From Salinispira sp. (GTDB taxonomy: Bacteria; Spirochaetota; Spirochaetia; DSM-27196; Salinispiraceae), in contig CBDDDG010000014.1 in NCBI GenBank assembly GCA_965226555.1, positions 128,001 to 192,000 of the forward strand: a stretch of 64,000 nt of DNA, given 5' to 3'. The notes under the pieces are model-generated. The model saw nothing but the letters and a program-made list of their open reading frames with translations. It was not told where the DNA came from and made no database searches. A program made the translations under genes and the position numbers. Of this stretch, positions 61,001 through 64,000 are shown one piece after another (the stretch's first letter is position 1; each line of letters starts with the position of its first letter).

Positions 61001-61123
61001 GGGCTGGTCGGAGGCTTGCGCCTCCTGCTCGCCATGCGTCCGGGCTGGTCGGAGGCTTGCGCCTCCTGCTCGCCATGCGTCCGGGCTGGTCGGAGGCTTG
61101 CGCCTCCTGCTCGCCATGCGTCC
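61001..61123. repeat. Three exact 41-bp tandem copies of the GC-rich REP-like module
   Basis: gggctggtcggaggcttgcgcctcctgctcgccatgcgtcc; internal hairpin ggaggc-ttgc-gcctcc. Confidence 0.95.
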
Positions 61124-61206
61124 GGGGCGATTATTGAGTGAACGCTGAAACTTCAATATGTCTCCCGCGTCAATCATGTTGAATTCACAAAACTTTTAAT
61201 TAGTAC

Positions 61207-61376
61207 TTGACATACAGGATATACTCAGATTACTATGGAAAAATGAATATGCGTTTTCGTCCGAAACATAGTTTTCTATCTCCTTCTCCATCCAGAATTG
61301 GGCGGATTGTGTGTGTTCACGTGGACTGAACTGAAAAGATATCAGCCACAGCCCGCCAACCGGCGGGCTTTTTTTT
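61207..61376 (+). promoter_or_regulatory. leuA promoter and attenuator-like leader
   Basis: TTGACA-18-TACTAT; uORF 61243-61329; terminator agcccgcc-aacc-ggcgggct-T-run at 61350-61376. Confidence 0.7.
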
Positions 61377-61420
61377 GCCTGCCGAAACGTTGCATTAAGG
61401 AGCCATTAAAGGAGGACGAT

Positions 61421-63148
61421 ATGGTAAAACAGGCAAAATATGAGGCCTTCACGCCGGTGAAATTGAAAGACAGGAAGTGGCCGGATGAACAAATCCGCGA
61501 AGCGCCCCTGTGGTGTTCGGTCGATCTGCGGGATGGGAATCAGGCCTTGCCGACTCCCATGAACATTGGAGAAAAGGAGCGGATGTTTGCGCTGCTTCTG
61601 AGTATCGGATTCAGGGAGATTGAGGTTGGCTTTCCCAGCGCCAGTCAGATTGAGTACGATTTTCTGCGGAGTCTGATTGATAATTCACTCATTCCCGATG
61701 ATGTCTGGGTGCAGGTTCTGACGCAGAGCAGAAAGCATCTTATTGAGCGCACAGTCGAGAGTCTTGAGGGCTGTAACAAGGCCATTATCCATCTTTATAA
61801 TTCAACTTCAGAACAGCAACGGCGCATTACCTTCCGTAAGAGTCGGGAGGAGATAAAGGATATTGCCGTTGCGGGTACCCAACAGGTTATTGATCTGCTT
61901 CCGCGTCTGGATGGAACGGAGGTTCGCTTTGAGTACAGCCCGGAGAGTTTTACCGGAACCGAGCTCGATTTTGCTGTGGAAGTGTGCGATGCGGTCATTG
62001 ACCTCTGGGAGCCCGAAAAACGGGGGCCCATGATCATCAACCTGCCGGCAACCGTGGAGCTCAGTACCCCGAACATCTACGCAGACCAAATTGAGTGGGT
62101 CTGCCGACATCTCAGGCGCCGCAGCGAGGTTCTCATTTCCCTTCACACCCACAACGACCGCGGAACAGGGGCCGCCGCAACCGAGTTGGGCCTGCTTGCC
62201 GGCGGCGAACGGGTGGAGGGCACCCTCTTCGGCAACGGCGAGCGCACCGGCAATGTCGACATTATCACTCTGGCCCTGAACCTTTTCAGCCAAGGGGTGG
62301 AACCCGGGCTCAACCTGCATGACATTCCCCGCATCCGCAGAATATATGAGGAAACTACCCGAATGAGCGTGCACGACCGCCACCCCTACGGCGGCGATCT
62401 GGTGTTCACTGCCTTCAGCGGCAGCCATCAGGATGCCATAAGCAAGGGCATGGCGCTGCAAAGCGGCGCCCCCGGCACGCCCAGCGGCGCTGCCGGGAAA
62501 AAACGCGGCACCCCCAGCGGCACGAAATGGGATGTACCTTATCTGCCCATTGACCCGCAGGACATCGGGCGCACATACAAGGCCATTATCAGAATTAATA
62601 GTCAGAGCGGGAAGGGCGGAGTTTCCTATGTTCTTGAAACCGACTATGGACTGCGTGTGCCCCGCAGTATGCAGCCGGAGCTTGGCACCTTCATTACTGT
62701 TATTTCCGACCGTCTGGTGCGGGAACTTTCGAGCGGGGAGATTTTCGATGCCTTCAGCACGGAGTATGTGAACCGGCAGGACAATCTTGTGCTGACCGAA
62801 TATAACCTGAGCCACCCGCATAACAGCAATGAGGTGTTTTTCAGGGGGATGCTTGATGCGCAGGGACAGGAACACGCGCTGACCGGCAGGGGAAACGGCC
62901 CCATGGACGCGTTTATGTCTGGTCTTAATGAGTTCTTCGGCGTTGAGCTGAGCATTGCGGAATATGAAGAGCAGGCCATCGGCATAGGCAGCGCCACCGA
63001 GGCTGCTGCCTACATTCGGGTTGTGGACGGCAGCGGTTCAGGCAGCTGGGGCGTTGGTCGCGACACCGACAGCTCCGCCGCCCACTTCACGGCAATTCTC
63101 TGCGCCATCAACCGCCGACAGGAACTCATTCCCGCTCATCTCCCCTGA
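61421..63148 (+). CDS. leuA: 2-isopropylmalate synthase (yeast/Mycobacterium type)
   Basis: WCSVDLRDGNQAL, YSPESFTGTE, HTHNDRGT, GNGERTGNVD, IRINSQSGKGG; GGAGG RBS. Confidence 0.97.
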   Translation: MVKQAKYEAFTPVKLKDRKWPDEQIREAPLWCSVDLRDGNQALPTPMNIGEKERMFALLLSIGFREIEVGFPSASQIEYDFLRSLIDNSLIPDDVWVQVLTQSRKHLIERTVESLEGCNKAIIHLYNSTSEQQRRITFRKSREEIKDIAVAGTQQVIDLLPRLDGTEVRFEYSPESFTGTELDFAVEVCDAVIDLWEPEKRGPMIINLPATVELSTPNIYADQIEWVCRHLRRRSEVLISLHTHNDRGTGAAATELGLLAGGERVEGTLFGNGERTGNVDIITLALNLFSQGVEPGLNLHDIPRIRRIYEETTRMSVHDRHPYGGDLVFTAFSGSHQDAISKGMALQSGAPGTPSGAAGKKRGTPSGTKWDVPYLPIDPQDIGRTYKAIIRINSQSGKGGVSYVLETDYGLRVPRSMQPELGTFITVISDRLVRELSSGEIFDAFSTEYVNRQDNLVLTEYNLSHPHNSNEVFFRGMLDAQGQEHALTGRGNGPMDAFMSGLNEFFGVELSIAEYEEQAIGIGSATEAAAYIRVVDGSGSGSWGVGRDTDSSAAHFTAILCAINRRQELIPAHLP

Positions 63149-63268
63149 GGCCTCCCCACATCCGGCCGCATCTGTCGAATCCCGCCGCCCCCAGCGATCC
63201 GGCCGCCCCGCCGGAGCGTGATGGGTAAATTGCGGTGAAATTGTGAACAACATGGGTCTCCCATGTTT

Positions 63269-63481
63269 CTAGCTATGCAAATTTTGAATCAATGATTCAC
63301 TTTTTTCTCTATGGGAAATAATAGATTTTGTTTGATTCTTTTTTCTCATTATTTCTTGTTTATCTCGTGATATAGGCAAAAGTAGTTCTTTCCATCTGTC
63401 TCCTATATTCGGTAAGGTGGTATCAATAAAAATCCTTGAATGCATCTGCGCTAATGCAAAAGTTTCGCTAAGTAATAACAA
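63269..63481 (-). pseudogene. AT-rich gene fragment, possibly C-terminus of a restriction-modification specificity domain
   Basis: IDTTLPNIGDRWKELLLP pattern; lower GC than flanks; no clear start. Confidence 0.3.
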
Positions 63482-63606
63482 GGTGAATTCGCCTAATCTT
63501 CTCTCAGTCGCTTTACTTTAAATATCATGCGTGAAATACTGAAGTTCTTATATATATTTCTGGGGGTATCACCCTCCGAAACATTCTTCAGACCGAGGAG
63601 GATACT

Positions 63607-64000
63607 ATGAAGAATACGAAAATAATCCAGAATACCGGATTGTTGATTTTACTTGCCTATGCTTTTCTTATTATTGCATGTGCTGCTGATCCAGACGGGG
63701 ACTCAGTTAGTTCTGAAGGTTCATCGCTTGATCGCATACTCGCAGATGGAGTTATTCGTGTGGGAACCACGGGCGATTATTACATGAGCTTTATCGATTC
63801 AGAAAGTGGCGAACGCTCTGGCCATGACATTGATGTGGTCAGCAAGCTCGCTGCCGATATGGGCGTAGAGGTTGAATGGGTTCCTACCGATTGGGCAAAC
63901 CTGCTCAGCGGTATAGTTGCCGGCAAGTATGACATTACCACCGGCGCAAGTTTCAACATGGGACGGGCCAAAACAGCAGGATATACGCTTCCCATTATCG
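63607..64000 (+). CDS. Family-3 solute-binding lipoprotein (cyclohexadienyl dehydratase-like), runs off window
   Basis: GAGGAGG RBS; MKNTKII..IIAC lipobox; LDRILADGVIRVGTTGDY, GHDIDV, VPTDWANL. Confidence 0.88.
   Translation, partial: MKNTKIIQNTGLLILLAYAFLIIACAADPDGDSVSSEGSSLDRILADGVIRVGTTGDYYMSFIDSESGERSGHDIDVVSKLAADMGVEVEWVPTDWANLLSGIVAGKYDITTGASFNMGRAKTAGYTLPII

Noticed and set aside
61001..61123. Possible CRISPR array (also 19122-19331)
   Set aside because: Units are contiguous with no unique spacers; no cas genes in the window.
63452..63467. aatgcaaaagtttc match to the hairpin element end
   Set aside because: Only about 14 bp, no partner arm, and it reads as part of the gene fragment; may be chance.

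Overview
Chromosomal window from a spirochete (flaA, spiro-SPASM cluster, UPF0164 outer-membrane protein), probably host-associated given the load of Fn3/DUF285 and Cys-rich surface lipoproteins. Housekeeping blocks (recG; SpoIIE/K+ channel operon; xseAB; spiro-SPASM-spsF-pseG-amidase; flaA, tRNA-Val, ilvBN, crtI/polyprenyl synthase, pdxST, leuA) alternate with three accessory islands (about 15.0-19.3, 29.8-48.4 and 57.4-61.2 kb). The islands reuse the same parts: Rpn (Transposase_31/PD-(D/E)XK) nuclease genes of three subfamilies, Fn3+DUF285 lipoprotein genes or fragments, IS982/IS30, and a dispersed modular hairpin repeat family (about 15-20 whole or partial copies). Main signal: the 130-156 bp hairpin element has inserted independently into four Rpn genes at four different sites, and IS982 into a fifth. 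Every insertion lies upstream of an internal Shine-Dalgarno+ATG that would start the C-terminal RpnS-type antitoxin. Rpn units also share a conserved leader, are fused into surface-protein genes at recurring junctions and appear to swap C-termini. The same repeat seems to supply the start codon of a 1139-aa core gene. All calls are by eye; no database searches were run.
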